NCBI GenBank assembly: GCA_052326485.1
Contig: JBKQMS010000003.1
Location: 15,695 to 79,694 of the forward strand
Source of the DNA: Thermoplasmata archaeon
GTDB lineage: Archaea; Thermoplasmatota; Thermoplasmata; Lutacidiplasmatales; UBA184
Direction: 5' to 3'
Length of the DNA stretch: 64,000 nucleotides
Shown one piece after another: positions 1-9,943 of the stretch. A program made the translations under genes and the position numbers. Every line of letters starts with the position of its first letter. The stretch's first letter is position 1. Under the pieces are notes generated by a model. That model searched no databases and had not been told where the DNA came from. It saw nothing but the letters and a program-made list of their open reading frames with translations.

Positions 1-960
1 GCCGAGGCAGTGGGACTTCTTCTCGTGGTCTTCGTGGCGCAGGGCTGGTCCGTCACTCCGGTTCCGGTGGTCCGCCCCGGCGGCACCCACTCGGACGGAG
101 CCTCGCTGATCGCCTCCCACGCGGTCGACCTGCCGACCTCGGTCCTCCGGGCGCTCGGAGGGGAGGGACCGACGGCGGCGGTCGTAGAGCGGCGGCTCGC
201 CCAGGCGCGGCTCGGAGGACGCCCCCACCCCGGGGGCTGGAAGGTCGATGCTCCACCGTGGCGCCCGGACCTCCTGACCTCGGTCGACGCGGCCGAGGAC
301 GTCCTTCTGGCGGACGGGGTCCGCCCCGAGGACGGGCTCCTGCCCCCGAGCCGGACCCGGGGCCGTCTTCGCCGTGAGACGGTCTTCCGTCGGCGGTTCG
401 CGGCCGCGCTTCTCGGGCTCGGCCTGGCCGCGCCTCACACGCCGCTTCTGGTCTCCGAATCGGCGGTGGCCCGTGTCGGAGGGGATGCCCCCCTCCACCT
501 CCGCAACCCGGTCTCGGCGGAGTTCGCCTACGTGAGGAACCGGCTACTGCTTTCGCACCTCGAGGTGCTCGCCCGCAACACGCGCCACGGCTACCCGCAG
601 CGGTTCGGAGAGGTCGCTCCCGTGGTCGTGGCCTCGGCCGGGTCCGACACGGGTGCGGAGACCCGCTACCGTGCCGGGGTCATGATCGCCTCCGACGGCG
701 CGGGGTTCGCCGAGGCTGCCGCCCTCGTCGAGTACCTGCTCCGGTCGGTGGACGTGGTCGGGACCCGCGAGCCCACCGAGGTCCCGGGCGTGACGAGCGG
801 CCGCGCCGCGCGCGTTCGGGTCGCCGGCGAGGTGGTCGCCGAGCTCGGAGAGGTCGCGCCGGCGCTGCTCGCGGAGCTCGGGGTCCCGGTCCCCGTGGCG
901 TGGGCTGAGGTCGACCTCACCGCCCTCTGGCCCCTCATCGCGCGTCACGGAAGCGTTTAG
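1..960 (+). CDS. pheT: phenylalanine--tRNA ligase beta subunit, C-terminal part (5' end outside window)
   Basis: ORF is open to the left edge. [29 protein letters not shown] and the C-terminal [19 protein letters not shown]...VAWAEVDL resemble the archaeal PheRS-beta core and C-terminus. Confidence 0.75.
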   Translation, partial: AEAVGLLLVVFVAQGWSVTPVPVVRPGGTHSDGASLIASHAVDLPTSVLRALGGEGPTAAVVERRLAQARLGGRPHPGGWKVDAPPWRPDLLTSVDAAEDVLLADGVRPEDGLLPPSRTRGRLRRETVFRRRFAAALLGLGLAAPHTPLLVSESAVARVGGDAPLHLRNPVSAEFAYVRNRLLLSHLEVLARNTRHGYPQRFGEVAPVVVASAGSDTGAETRYRAGVMIASDGAGFAEAAALVEYLLRSVDVVGTREPTEVPGVTSGRAARVRVAGEVVAELGEVAPALLAELGVPVPVAWAEVDLTALWPLIARHGSV

Positions 961-983
961 TATCGCTCCCCGGTCCATCGGCG

Positions 984-2663
984 ATGGCCCGTTCGCGGCG
1001 CGCTCCCACGGCATCCACGGCGCGCCGGCGATGGGAGAAGGACGCCCGCCGGGCGATCGGCGCCCGGGCCGAAGGCGGCCGTCTCCCCATCCTAGTCGAC
1101 CCTCTCCCGGACCCCGATGCGGCGTTCCTGGAGCAGGTCGGCTTCCCCGGGGAGGCGCCGTTCACCCGGGGCATCCAGCCGACCATGTACCGGGGTCGGC
1201 TCTGGACGCTCCGTCAGTACTCGGGGTTCGGGAGCGCCGCGGCGACGAACGAGCGGTTCCAGTTCCTCCTGAAGGGCGGTCAGACCGGCCTCTCGGTCGC
1301 CTTCGACCTTCCGACGCAGAACGGGTACGACTCGGACCACCAGCGGGCCCACGGGGAGGTCGGACGGTGCGGCGTGCCGGTCACCTCGCTCGGGGACATG
1401 CGGACCCTCTTTCGGGGGATCCCGCTCGACCGGGCCACCGTGTCGATGACGATCAACGCGACCGCGCCGATCCTGCTTTCGTTGCTGGTCGCGGTCGCCG
1501 AGGAGAACGGCGTGCCCCGGGCCCGGCTCGGCGGGACCGTGCAGAACGACATTTTGAAGGAGTACATCGCCCGCGGGACGTACATCTACCCCCCCGGCCC
1601 CTCGATGCGCCTCACGGTCGACCTGATCGAGTTCACGACGCGCGAGATGCCGCAGTGGAACTACATCTCCGTCTCGGGCTACCACATGCGCGAAGCGGGT
1701 GCGACCGCGGTCCAGGAGGTGGCCTTCACGCTCGCGAACGCCATCGCCTACGTCCGGGCGGTGCGCGACCGAGGGCTCGACCTGGACGAGTTCCTGCCTC
1801 GCCTCTCGTTCTTCTTCTCGGCCGACCGGAACTTCCTCGAGGAGGTCGCGAAGTTCCGCGCGGCCCGCCGGCTGTGGGCCCGGATCGTCGGCGACGAGTT
1901 CGGGGCGAAGGGGAGCCGCTCGAAGCAGCTCCGATTTCACACGCAGACCGCCGGGTCGAGCCTTACGGCCCAGCAGCCCGAGCTGAACGTCGTGCGCACG
2001 ACCTTGGAAGCGCTCGCCGCGGTCCTCGGCGGAACCCAGTCCCTGCACACGAACGCGCTCGATGAGGCGCTCGGCCTCCCGACGGAGTCGTCGGCCCGGC
2101 TCGCGTTGCGGACCCAACAGATCCTCGCTGAGGAATCCGGGGTCACGAGCACGATCGACCCTCTCGGCGGCTCCTACGAGATCGAGTACCTGACCGACCG
2201 GATCGAGACCGAGGCCCGCGAGTATCTCGACCGAATCGAGCAGATGGGCGGGGCGCTCGTCGCGATCCAGCGGGGGTTCGTCTCGAGCGAGATCGCGAAG
2301 GAGGCCTACCGCGTCGCTCGGGCGCGGGAGCGGAAAGAAGAGGTCGTGGTCGGCGTCAACGAGTTCACCGAGGGCAACCCCCGGTTCTCGCTCTTCGCCG
2401 GAGGTGGGGCGGCGGGGGTCCACACCCAACGGATCACGCCCGCCGAGGGGCGGCAACAGGTCGCGCGGCTCCGTCGCTGGCGGCAGGAACGCGACCGGGC
2501 GGCCGTCGAGGCCGCCCTCGCCGAACTGCGCGTCGCGACCGACGGCGGCGCCAACGTAATGCCGTCCGTCCTGAAGGCGGTCCGGGCCGGGAGCACCCTC
2601 GGCGAGGTCGCGGACGTGTGGAGGTCCTGTTTTGGAGAGCAGCCCCCCTCGACCGCATTCTAG
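984..2663 (+). CDS. mcmA: methylmalonyl-CoA mutase, catalytic (large) subunit
   Basis: [30 protein letters not shown] and [14 protein letters not shown] motifs of the MCM TIM-barrel domain. No B12-binding domain in this ORF. Confidence 0.9.
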   Translation: MARSRRAPTASTARRRWEKDARRAIGARAEGGRLPILVDPLPDPDAAFLEQVGFPGEAPFTRGIQPTMYRGRLWTLRQYSGFGSAAATNERFQFLLKGGQTGLSVAFDLPTQNGYDSDHQRAHGEVGRCGVPVTSLGDMRTLFRGIPLDRATVSMTINATAPILLSLLVAVAEENGVPRARLGGTVQNDILKEYIARGTYIYPPGPSMRLTVDLIEFTTREMPQWNYISVSGYHMREAGATAVQEVAFTLANAIAYVRAVRDRGLDLDEFLPRLSFFFSADRNFLEEVAKFRAARRLWARIVGDEFGAKGSRSKQLRFHTQTAGSSLTAQQPELNVVRTTLEALAAVLGGTQSLHTNALDEALGLPTESSARLALRTQQILAEESGVTSTIDPLGGSYEIEYLTDRIETEAREYLDRIEQMGGALVAIQRGFVSSEIAKEAYRVARARERKEEVVVGVNEFTEGNPRFSLFAGGGAAGVHTQRITPAEGRQQVARLRRWRQERDRAAVEAALAELRVATDGGANVMPSVLKAVRAGSTLGEVADVWRSCFGEQPPSTAF

Positions 2664-2671
2664 GAGGGACC

Positions 2672-3070
2672 ATGCAGCTCGACCATGTGGGGATCGTCGT
2701 CGCGAACATCTCGGAAACGCTCGAACGCTGGCGGCCGCTGCTCGGGGAGCCCGAATCCGTTCCCGAGCCGGTCCCGGGAAGCCAGGTGACGGTCGCATTC
2801 CTCTCCGCGGGGAACACGCATGTGGAGCTCGTCGAGCCGACCGGTCTCAAGTCGCCGGTCTCGAAGTTCCTCGCCACGCGGGGCGGAGGGATCCATCATA
2901 TCGCGTTCTCGGTCCCGGACGTCGACGTGGCCCTGGCGGAGGTCGCGGCCCGCGGGGGTCGGTTGATCGACCAGCATGCTCGCGCAGGGGCGCGGGGCCG
3001 GCGGGTCGGCTTCGCCCATCCCTCGGCGTTCGGTGGGGTCATGGTTGAATTCGTAGAGGAGGCGCCATGA
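2672..3070 (+). CDS. mce: methylmalonyl-CoA epimerase (VOC/glyoxalase fold)
   Basis: MQLDHVGIVV...GGIHHIAFSV...GVMVEFVE pattern. ATG at 2672 follows GGAGGG; the earlier track start at 2618 would overlap mcmA. Confidence 0.85.
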   Translation: MQLDHVGIVVANISETLERWRPLLGEPESVPEPVPGSQVTVAFLSAGNTHVELVEPTGLKSPVSKFLATRGGGIHHIAFSVPDVDVALAEVAARGGRLIDQHARAGARGRRVGFAHPSAFGGVMVEFVEEAP

Positions 3071-4281
3071 GCCAGATCGCCTCCGCGGAGCTCTTCCCGA
3101 TCTACGACAGCCGCGGTCGGCTCACGGTCGAGGCTAGCATCACCCTCGCTTCCGGGGCCCGGGGCCGGGCCGGGGCGCCGAGCGGAGCGAGCACGGGCGT
3201 GCACGAGGTCATGGCGTTCCCGAAGGGCGGCGTCGCGGAGGCGCTGGTGACGTTCCGGGCGCGCGTGGGACCCCGGCTGGTAGGACGGGACGCGGCCGAC
3301 CAGGGCGCCGTGGACTCGATGCTGCACGAGGTCGATGGGACCTCGTCGTTCTCCGCCATCGGAGGGAACACGGCGACCGCCGTCTCCGTCGCGACCGCCA
3401 TGGCGACCGCAGAGGAGACCGGTCGCCCCCTCTGGAAGGTCCTCGCTCGTCCGGGGGTCGACGGCCGCTCGTTCCCGGCGATCGCCGGCAACTGCCTGAA
3501 CGGGGGCCGGCACGCGATCGGCGGTCCGGACATCCAGGAGTTCATCGCGTTCGCGGATTGCGCCCGGCCCGAGGAATCCGTCCGGGCGGCCGTTCGGGTG
3601 CACACCCTCGTCGGAGAGGAACTGCACCGGCGGCTCCCGAAGGCCGCGCTGGGCCGGGGAGACGAGGGAGGGTGGGTCGCGGCGGTCTCGAACCTCGAGG
3701 CGCTCGAGATCCTCGCGGAGGCCTGCACGAAGGCGCGCGACGAGCTCCACCTCGCGGTCCACCCCGGACTCGACTTCGCCGCGAGCGAGTTCTACGCGGA
3801 CGGGAAGTACCGGTACCGGGAGCAAACGCTCGATTCCGAGGGCCAGGTCGGCTTCGTCTCGAAGCTCGTCGACCGGTTCGACCTAAAGTTCGTGGAGGAC
3901 CCGTTCGACCAGGAGGCGTTTGACGCGTTCGCCGCCCTCACGAAGGCGGTCGGCCATAGGACCCTGGTCATCGGTGACGACATCTTCGTCACCAACGAGA
4001 AGCGGCTGCGAATCGGCCTCGAACGGAACTCGACCAACTCGATCCTCATCAAGGTCAACCAGGTCGGGACCCTCACCGACACCTTCGCGACCGTCGACCT
4101 CGCGAGGAGCCGGGGGCTCTCGACCGTCACCTCGCACCGGTCCGGAGAGGTTCCGGAGGGATGGCTCGCCCACGTGGCGCTCGGGACCTCGGCCCGGGGG
4201 CTAAAATGCGGGATTCTCGGCGGTGAGCGGGTGGCAAAGCTAAATGAACTCCTGCGGCTCGGCCGCGCCACCGGAACCTGA
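3067..4281 (+). CDS. eno: enolase
   Basis: N-terminal [10 protein letters not shown] and [12 protein letters not shown] enolase signatures. ATGA overlap with the upstream stop. Confidence 0.9.
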   Translation: MSQIASAELFPIYDSRGRLTVEASITLASGARGRAGAPSGASTGVHEVMAFPKGGVAEALVTFRARVGPRLVGRDAADQGAVDSMLHEVDGTSSFSAIGGNTATAVSVATAMATAEETGRPLWKVLARPGVDGRSFPAIAGNCLNGGRHAIGGPDIQEFIAFADCARPEESVRAAVRVHTLVGEELHRRLPKAALGRGDEGGWVAAVSNLEALEILAEACTKARDELHLAVHPGLDFAASEFYADGKYRYREQTLDSEGQVGFVSKLVDRFDLKFVEDPFDQEAFDAFAALTKAVGHRTLVIGDDIFVTNEKRLRIGLERNSTNSILIKVNQVGTLTDTFATVDLARSRGLSTVTSHRSGEVPEGWLAHVALGTSARGLKCGILGGERVAKLNELLRLGRATGT

Positions 4282-4285
4282 CGAG

Positions 4286-4942
4286 ATGCCCGACGAAGAG
4301 CCCCCGATGCCAGAGCCGATGACGGCGAGCGACGGCCAGGACATCCAGCCGGGCGAGCTGCTCATCCCCGAGGACACGTACCTCACCTCGGGCGTCCACA
4401 TCGGGACCCAGCAGAAGTCGGCGTCCATGCGCCGGTTCGTCTTCAAGGTCCGATTCGACGGGTTGCACGTCCTGGACGTCCGCGAGACCGACCGCCGGAT
4501 ACGGCTCGGGGCGAAGTTCCTCTCACGGTACCCGGCGGACCGGATCCTCGTGGTCTCCCAGCGCCAGTACGGCCAGAAGCCGGTGCGCGTCTTCGCGAAG
4601 ACGCTCGGGGCGGTCTCCTTTGCCGAGCGGTTCGTGCCCGGCTGCCTCACCAACCCCAACCTCGAGGAGTACTACGAGCCGAAGGTCCTCATCGTCACGG
4701 ACCCGGCGACCGACCAGCAGGCGCTGAGCGAGGCGGTCTCGATCGGGATCCCCGTCGTCGGCCTGTGCGATGTCAACAACGAGACGCGGGACGTCGACCT
4801 CGTCATCCCCGCGAACAACAAGGGCCGCGTGGCCCTGGCGACGGTCTACTGGCTCCTCGCCCGAGAGACCCTGAAGGCGCGCGCGGGCGGGGCCGACATC
4901 GAGTATCCGCTCACCATCGAGGACTTCCAGGCCGCGCTCTAA
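4286..4942 (+). CDS. rps2: 30S ribosomal protein uS2
   Basis: [22 protein letters not shown]...GLHVLDV motif. Conserved archaeal eno-rps2 neighbourhood. ATG at 4286 lies just after the eno stop. Confidence 0.9.
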   Translation: MPDEEPPMPEPMTASDGQDIQPGELLIPEDTYLTSGVHIGTQQKSASMRRFVFKVRFDGLHVLDVRETDRRIRLGAKFLSRYPADRILVVSQRQYGQKPVRVFAKTLGAVSFAERFVPGCLTNPNLEEYYEPKVLIVTDPATDQQALSEAVSIGIPVVGLCDVNNETRDVDLVIPANNKGRVALATVYWLLARETLKARAGGADIEYPLTIEDFQAAL

Positions 4943-5014
4943 ACCGTTCCCCTTAGGCGACGACCCGACCCCCGCCACCTTCGACCTTTTATCAGCGGGT
5001 CGCCTCCTTCTCTC

Positions 5015-6289
5015 GTGGGACCGCCGAAGTCGGGTCTTCTCGAGCTGCTCTCCGAGCACGGGGTCCCGGAGAAGGGCGCGCGCGTCTACCTGGCCGCGTG
5101 CCGGGGCGGGGCCATGACCGCGAGCGAGCTCGCCCGCGTTTCGTCGGTGAACCGCGTCGAGGCCTACCGGTTCATCAAACAGCTCAGCACCGAGGGTCTC
5201 CTTCGGGCGACCGGAGGCCGCCCCCAGCGGTTCGAGGCGCTCACTCCCGACGACCTGGTCGACCGGTGGATCCACCGAGCCTCGGACCGCCTTAGGCAGC
5301 TCGAGAAGGACCGGGACCGGATCCTGGCCGAGTGGGAAGAGGGTCGCGACGAGTTCGATGAGCGCGACCCGCGCAAGTTCGCGGTCCTCGAGGGCACGGA
5401 GGCGATCCGTCGTTTCCTCTTGAAGCGCATCGGGGCCGCCGACCGAGAGATCCTCGTGAGCGCGAGCGAGCGGGCCCTCTCCCGGTTCGTCGACCTGGGC
5501 CTGGACCGGGCGTTCCGGGAGGCGAGCACTCGGGGAGTGAAGGTCCGGGTCGTCGCGGAGGTCGACTCCCAGAACCTCGTCGAGGCGAAGCATTTCGCCG
5601 GTTTCGCCGAACTGCGTCATTCGAGCAACCCCGTCGCGAACCGGGCGGTGGTGATCGACCGGCTCGGCTCCCTCGTTTACGTCTCCAGTGAGGACGGGCT
5701 CGGCCGTTCCGGTGAAGAGCAGGTCGCCCTCTGGTCCTCCGCGCCGATGTTCATTCGCTTGGCCCGGGACTACCACCACCGTCTGTGGACCCCCGCCGCC
5801 CGAGCCGAGGCCCGATTCGTCGAGCTCGAGAACCCCCCGGAGGCCATTCTTCCGGTGGTCTCCGGCAAGGAGGCCGTCCCGTTCCAGCGGCTCAAGGACG
5901 TCGCCAAGCTCGGAATGCGGGCGTCCGGGGTCCGACAGTTCCATCTCCACCTTCCCGAGCTGATCGAGACGATCGCGCGGCAGCTGGGACGCGAGATCGC
6001 GGGCCAGGTCGAGGGCCGGTCCCCCGAGGAGGTCGCTCGCGCGCTCGGGCTCTACTACGAGACGCACACGATGGGCCACCTCGTCACGGTCCGCGAGCGC
6101 CCCCTCACCCTCCGCGTTACCGGGTGCTTTGCCTGCACCGGGGACTCGCCCGAGATTGGACGGGTGATGTGCTCCCAGCTCCTGCGGACCGTCCTCGAGA
6201 CCCGGACGGGTCAGCGCTGGGAGGTCTCGAAGCCCGACCCGACCAAGCACGCCAGCCGCGGCTGCGTCTTCACGGCGACCCCGACCTGA
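5015..6289 (+). CDS. TrmB-family transcriptional regulator with a C-terminal Cys-containing V4R-like domain
   Basis: N-terminal wHTH (GARVYLAACRGGAMTASELARVSSVNRVEAYRFIKQLSTEGLL) typical of TrmB. The C-terminus LTLRVTGCFACTGDSPEIGRVMCSQLL resembles V4R/methanogen-output-type sensor domains. GTG start. Confidence 0.7.
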   Translation: MGPPKSGLLELLSEHGVPEKGARVYLAACRGGAMTASELARVSSVNRVEAYRFIKQLSTEGLLRATGGRPQRFEALTPDDLVDRWIHRASDRLRQLEKDRDRILAEWEEGRDEFDERDPRKFAVLEGTEAIRRFLLKRIGAADREILVSASERALSRFVDLGLDRAFREASTRGVKVRVVAEVDSQNLVEAKHFAGFAELRHSSNPVANRAVVIDRLGSLVYVSSEDGLGRSGEEQVALWSSAPMFIRLARDYHHRLWTPAARAEARFVELENPPEAILPVVSGKEAVPFQRLKDVAKLGMRASGVRQFHLHLPELIETIARQLGREIAGQVEGRSPEEVARALGLYYETHTMGHLVTVRERPLTLRVTGCFACTGDSPEIGRVMCSQLLRTVLETRTGQRWEVSKPDPTKHASRGCVFTATPT

Positions 6290-6295
6290 GGCGGC

Positions 6296-6331
6296 ATGCT
6301 ACACCGGGGCATGGTGTAGCATGTGTAGCAT
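6296..6331. repeat. inverted repeat ATGCTACACC-N7-GGTGTAGCAT followed by a tandem third copy GTGTAGCAT
   Basis: Read directly: 6296-6305 is the reverse complement of 6313-6322, and 6323-6331 repeats 6314-6322. It lies 7 nt after the TrmB-like stop and about 30 bp upstream of the tfb TATA box. Confidence 0.8.
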
Positions 6332-6352
6332 ACAAACGATACATGGAGCGAA

Positions 6353-6366
6353 CGAACCTATAAATA
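6353..6366 (+). promoter_or_regulatory. BRE/TATA box of tfb promoter (TATAAATA at 6359-6366)
   Basis: AT-rich island in GC-rich DNA. TATAAATA sits 30 bp upstream of the in-frame ATG at 6396, with GGAGGG at 6381-6386. Confidence 0.55.
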
Positions 6367-6395
6367 TGAGCCCTTATTTGGGAGGGCTACAAGCT

Positions 6396-7502
6396 ATGAA
6401 GACCAGCTCTCCGGCACCCTCAGGGCGACACCCCCATGCGACGAGCGTGAAGACGCTGGGCCGACCCGTGCCCACTGGGGCCGTGGCCGCCGCGCCTCAG
6501 CCTCCCGCGGTGGCTGAGGTCTGCCCCAACTGCGGCTCCTCGCATCTGATCCGCGACGAGATCCGAGGGGAGATCGTATGCGCCGATTGCGGCCTCGTGG
6601 TGGACCAGAGCGCCCTCGTCAGCGACCGCGGTCAGCGCGGGTCGAAGGAGGACACGGGCCGGGAGGCCCGCGGGTGGGGTCCCGTCATCTCCCCGCTGAT
6701 GCCCGACAAGGGCCTCTTTAGCGAGATCGGCGTCCCGACGCGCGACTTCCAAGGGAACTCGCTCTCCCGGAACACCTCGCTGAAGTTCTACCACCTTCGA
6801 AAGCTCAACCACCGGCTGCGCGCCGCGCGCACCCACCAGAGGAACCTCGTGGTCGCGCTGGGCGAGCTGAACCGGCTCGCCGGGGTCCTCGGCCTCTCGC
6901 GGGAGGTCAAGGAATCGGCGACGTACATCTACCGTCGGGCCCTCGAGCACAAGGCGACCCGCGGGAAGAAGATCGTCGCGCTGGTCGCGGCGAGCGTCTA
7001 CGCTGCGTGCCGCCAGTGCCACGTGCCGCGGACGATGAAGGAGATCATCGCCCACTCGAAGGCGACCAAGATCGAGGTCGGCCGCGCTTACACGCTCCTC
7101 GCCCGTGAGCTCAAGTTGGGGTTGAAGCCGGTCGAACCGCGCGACTACCTCGTCCGGTTCACGCAGGACCTGAACCTCTCGAAAGAGGTCCGCCAGAAGG
7201 TCCTCTCGCTTCTCGAGCAGGTGGAGCAGGTCTACTCGACGAGCGGCGTGCTCCCGAACGGGATCCTCGCCACGATCATCTACATCGCGTCCAACCTGAT
7301 GGGCGAGCCCCGCAGCCAGGACCGGATCGCGGCGGTCGCGAACGTGACCCCGGTCACGATCCGCAACCACTACAAAGAGCTCCTCGAGCTCCTCGGCCTT
7401 CCGAAGAACCTGACGAACCCGCAGGCGCGCGGCACGCTGCCGAGCGTAGCGGGCACGGTCGGGGAGAACGCCGTCCTCGGCGCCCCCGCCGCCGGCCACT
7501 AA
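6396..7502 (+). CDS. tfb: transcription initiation factor IIB (TFB)
   Basis: N-terminal zinc ribbon CPNCGSSHLIRDEIRGEIVCADCG followed by two cyclin-like repeats. Start is moved from track 6321 to ATG 6396, downstream of the TATA box. Confidence 0.9.
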   Translation: MKTSSPAPSGRHPHATSVKTLGRPVPTGAVAAAPQPPAVAEVCPNCGSSHLIRDEIRGEIVCADCGLVVDQSALVSDRGQRGSKEDTGREARGWGPVISPLMPDKGLFSEIGVPTRDFQGNSLSRNTSLKFYHLRKLNHRLRAARTHQRNLVVALGELNRLAGVLGLSREVKESATYIYRRALEHKATRGKKIVALVAASVYAACRQCHVPRTMKEIIAHSKATKIEVGRAYTLLARELKLGLKPVEPRDYLVRFTQDLNLSKEVRQKVLSLLEQVEQVYSTSGVLPNGILATIIYIASNLMGEPRSQDRIAAVANVTPVTIRNHYKELLELLGLPKNLTNPQARGTLPSVAGTVGENAVLGAPAAGH

Positions 7503-7567
7503 GCGACGGGAAAGCGCCGGGGCGCCTCCCCCGGAAACCAGATGAACCCCCGGGCGGGTCTCGGGTC

Positions 7568-8770
7568 GTGCCCGCAACCCCCGCGCTGAGCTACTCCTCC
7601 TTCCGGACGTACCAGGAGTGCCCCCTGCGCTGGCGGTTCCTCTACGTCGAGAAGCTGCCCGAGGCGCCGAGGGGGTACTTCACCTTCGGCCGGGTCGTCC
7701 ACTCGGTCCTCGAGCAGCTCGTCGCGCCGCTCGTGGTCCCCACCGCCCGGCGGGCCGGCGAGAGCGACCGGCAGCGAACGCTGGACGAGTGGCACCCCCG
7801 CTCGGCCGCCGCCGCTCCCGGGTCGTGGATGAGCGCGGAGGAGCTCCTCGCGGCCTACGAACGGGAGTGGTCGAGCGAGGGATACACTTCCCTCGAGGAG
7901 GAATCGCGCTACCGGGCCCTCGGTCGCGAGATCCTACTGCGGTACTATGAGTTCCTCGTGCGGGAGCACCCCCTGCCGGTCGCGGTAGAGGAGCACCTCG
8001 AGGCCCGATGGGACGGGATCCCGATCCACGGCTACATCGACCGGATCGACCGGACGCCGGCGGGCGGCCTCGAGATCGTGGACTACAAGACGTCGCGCGA
8101 CCTTTCGAACGATGACGCCCGCGAATCCGACCAACTGAGCCTCTACCAGGTGCTGGTCGAGAGCAACTACGCCGAGCCCGTCCAAGGCCTCACGCTCTAC
8201 CATCTTCGGTCGCTCACGCCGCTCAAGACCGCGCCGCGCGAGCGCGCCGCGCTCGCCGGCCTCCACGACCGGCTCGGGACCGCGATGGACGGGATCCGAG
8301 CGGAGGCGTTCGACCCGTCCCCCGGTCGCCATTGCTCCCGATGCGACTTCCAGGACCGGTGCCCCGAGTTCCGAACCGTCCCGGCCGCCGAAGGGGAGCG
8401 ACTCCGCGTGCTCGTCGACCGGTTCGAAACGCTCCGGGCCGAGGAAGGGCGCCTCGAGACCGAGCTCCGACGGACCGCCGAGGAGCTCCACCGGGCCGCC
8501 GAGCAGCTCGGGGTCCATCGCGTCCCCGGCAGCCGCTCGGTCGCGGTCCGCCGTCGCGAGGAAGCCTGGCAGTACTCGCTCGACACCGTCCGACCTCTCC
8601 TCGAGCGCTCGGGCCTCGCGGCCCGGGTCTCCTCGGGCACCCCAGAGGAGGTCCGCCGGCTGGTCCGGGACCCCGCGGTCGACCCGGAGGTCCGACGCAA
8701 GGTCGCCGAGACCGGGGCGCGACGGGTGAAGTGGTACTGGGAGCTCGAGGGTGGTCCGTCCGAGCCCTAG
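7568..8770 (+). CDS. Cas4/RecB-like PD-(D/E)XK nuclease with 4-Cys cluster and a ~130-aa C-terminal helical extension
   Basis: N-terminal Cys (QECPLRW), HGYIDRID, EIVDYKT, QLSLYQ and CSRCDFQDRC motifs in canonical Cas4/AddB order. Confidence 0.7.
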   Translation: MPATPALSYSSFRTYQECPLRWRFLYVEKLPEAPRGYFTFGRVVHSVLEQLVAPLVVPTARRAGESDRQRTLDEWHPRSAAAAPGSWMSAEELLAAYEREWSSEGYTSLEEESRYRALGREILLRYYEFLVREHPLPVAVEEHLEARWDGIPIHGYIDRIDRTPAGGLEIVDYKTSRDLSNDDARESDQLSLYQVLVESNYAEPVQGLTLYHLRSLTPLKTAPRERAALAGLHDRLGTAMDGIRAEAFDPSPGRHCSRCDFQDRCPEFRTVPAAEGERLRVLVDRFETLRAEEGRLETELRRTAEELHRAAEQLGVHRVPGSRSVAVRRREEAWQYSLDTVRPLLERSGLAARVSSGTPEEVRRLVRDPAVDPEVRRKVAETGARRVKWYWELEGGPSEP

Positions 8771-8820
8771 TGGCCCGCGGTTCGCGTAAACGCTATGTCT
8801 CGTCCCTCGTACTCCCCCGT

Positions 8821-9888
8821 ATGGGGATTCCCCTCGCTTCCGAGTCTCGCCTCGCGTCCTTGAAGGGTCGGACGCCCACGATCGCCACGTTGTGTTCTCA
8901 CTCCTCGCTCCAGATCTTCCACGGGGCGCGCGCCCTCGGCTTCCCGACCCTGGGCATCTCGGTCGGACCTCCCCCCCGGTTCTATGACGCGTTCCCCCTC
9001 GCTCGGCCGGACCGGTTCCTCTCGGTCCCCCGCGCGAAGGACCTCCCTTCCGCCGCCGAGAGGCTCCGGGCCGAGGGGGCGATCGTGATCCCGCACGGCT
9101 CGTTCGTGGAGTACGTCGGGGCCGAAACGTTCGCCGAACTCGACGTTCCGACCTTCGGGAACCGGGCCGTCCTCGGCTGGGAGTCCGACCGGGAGAAGGA
9201 GCGCGAGTGGCTCGACTCGGCCGGCGTCCCGATGCCGCGACGCTACGACGACCCGTCCGAGGTCGACGGTCCGGTGATCGTGAAGTACTACGGCGCGAAG
9301 GGCGGCAAAGGGTTCTTCCTCGCGAAGAACCGCGAGGCGCTCGCGGAGTTCAAACCGACCGGCCCGCACGTGATCCAGGAGTACGTGCTCGGGACCCGGT
9401 ACTACATGCATTTCTTCTACTCCCCGCTCTCCGACCGCGGCTATCGCGTGGGTCACGGCTCCCTCGAGCTCCTCGGGATGGACCGTCGGGACGAGGCGAA
9501 CATCGACGAGCTGTACAAGCTGGGGGCCGAGGAGGAGCTTCTGAAGGCGGGGATCCGCCCGACGTTCGTCGTCACGGGGAACGTGCCGGTCATTCTCCGA
9601 GAGTCGCTCTTGCCGAAGGCGTTCGAGGTCGCCGCCCGGATCGTCGAGCGTTCGATCGAGCTGTTCGGCGGAATGGTCGGCCCGTTCTGCGTCGAGGGGA
9701 TCATGACCGAAGGACTCGAGTTCAAGGTCTTCGAGGTCTCGACGCGGATCGTCGCTGGGACCAACCTGTTCATCTCGGGCAGCCCGTACTCGGATTTCAT
9801 CGAGCCCGGTCTCTCGACGGGAAAGCGCATCGCCCAAGAGATCGAGCGAGGCCGGTCGGAGCACCGCCTAGCCGAGATCCTGAGCTGA
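8821..9888 (+). CDS. purP: 5-formaminoimidazole-4-carboxamide ribonucleotide (FAICAR) synthetase PurP
   Basis: IATLCSHSSLQIFHGARALGF, PHGSFVEY, ATP-grasp VIVKYYGAKGGKGFF and GPFCVEG motifs as in archaeal PurP. The upstream part of the 518-aa track ORF overlaps the nuclease gene and is rejected. Confidence 0.85.
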   Translation: MGIPLASESRLASLKGRTPTIATLCSHSSLQIFHGARALGFPTLGISVGPPPRFYDAFPLARPDRFLSVPRAKDLPSAAERLRAEGAIVIPHGSFVEYVGAETFAELDVPTFGNRAVLGWESDREKEREWLDSAGVPMPRRYDDPSEVDGPVIVKYYGAKGGKGFFLAKNREALAEFKPTGPHVIQEYVLGTRYYMHFFYSPLSDRGYRVGHGSLELLGMDRRDEANIDELYKLGAEEELLKAGIRPTFVVTGNVPVILRESLLPKAFEVAARIVERSIELFGGMVGPFCVEGIMTEGLEFKVFEVSTRIVAGTNLFISGSPYSDFIEPGLSTGKRIAQEIERGRSEHRLAEILS

Positions 9889-9943
9889 GGCCGGCCCGCC
9901 GGGAGTCGTCCGTAGAAGCGACCTCGGGGCGGGCGGAGGGTCG

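Noticed and set aside
1092-2798. 568-aa minus-strand ORF
   Set aside because: It is antisense to the well-supported methylmalonyl-CoA mutase gene. The translation is R/G/P/D-rich with no motifs, which is a typical GC-rich shadow ORF.
4523-6250. 575-aa minus-strand ORF
   Set aside because: It is antisense to uS2 and the TrmB-like gene. Composition is low complexity and R/G/P/L/E-rich, with no recognisable domain.
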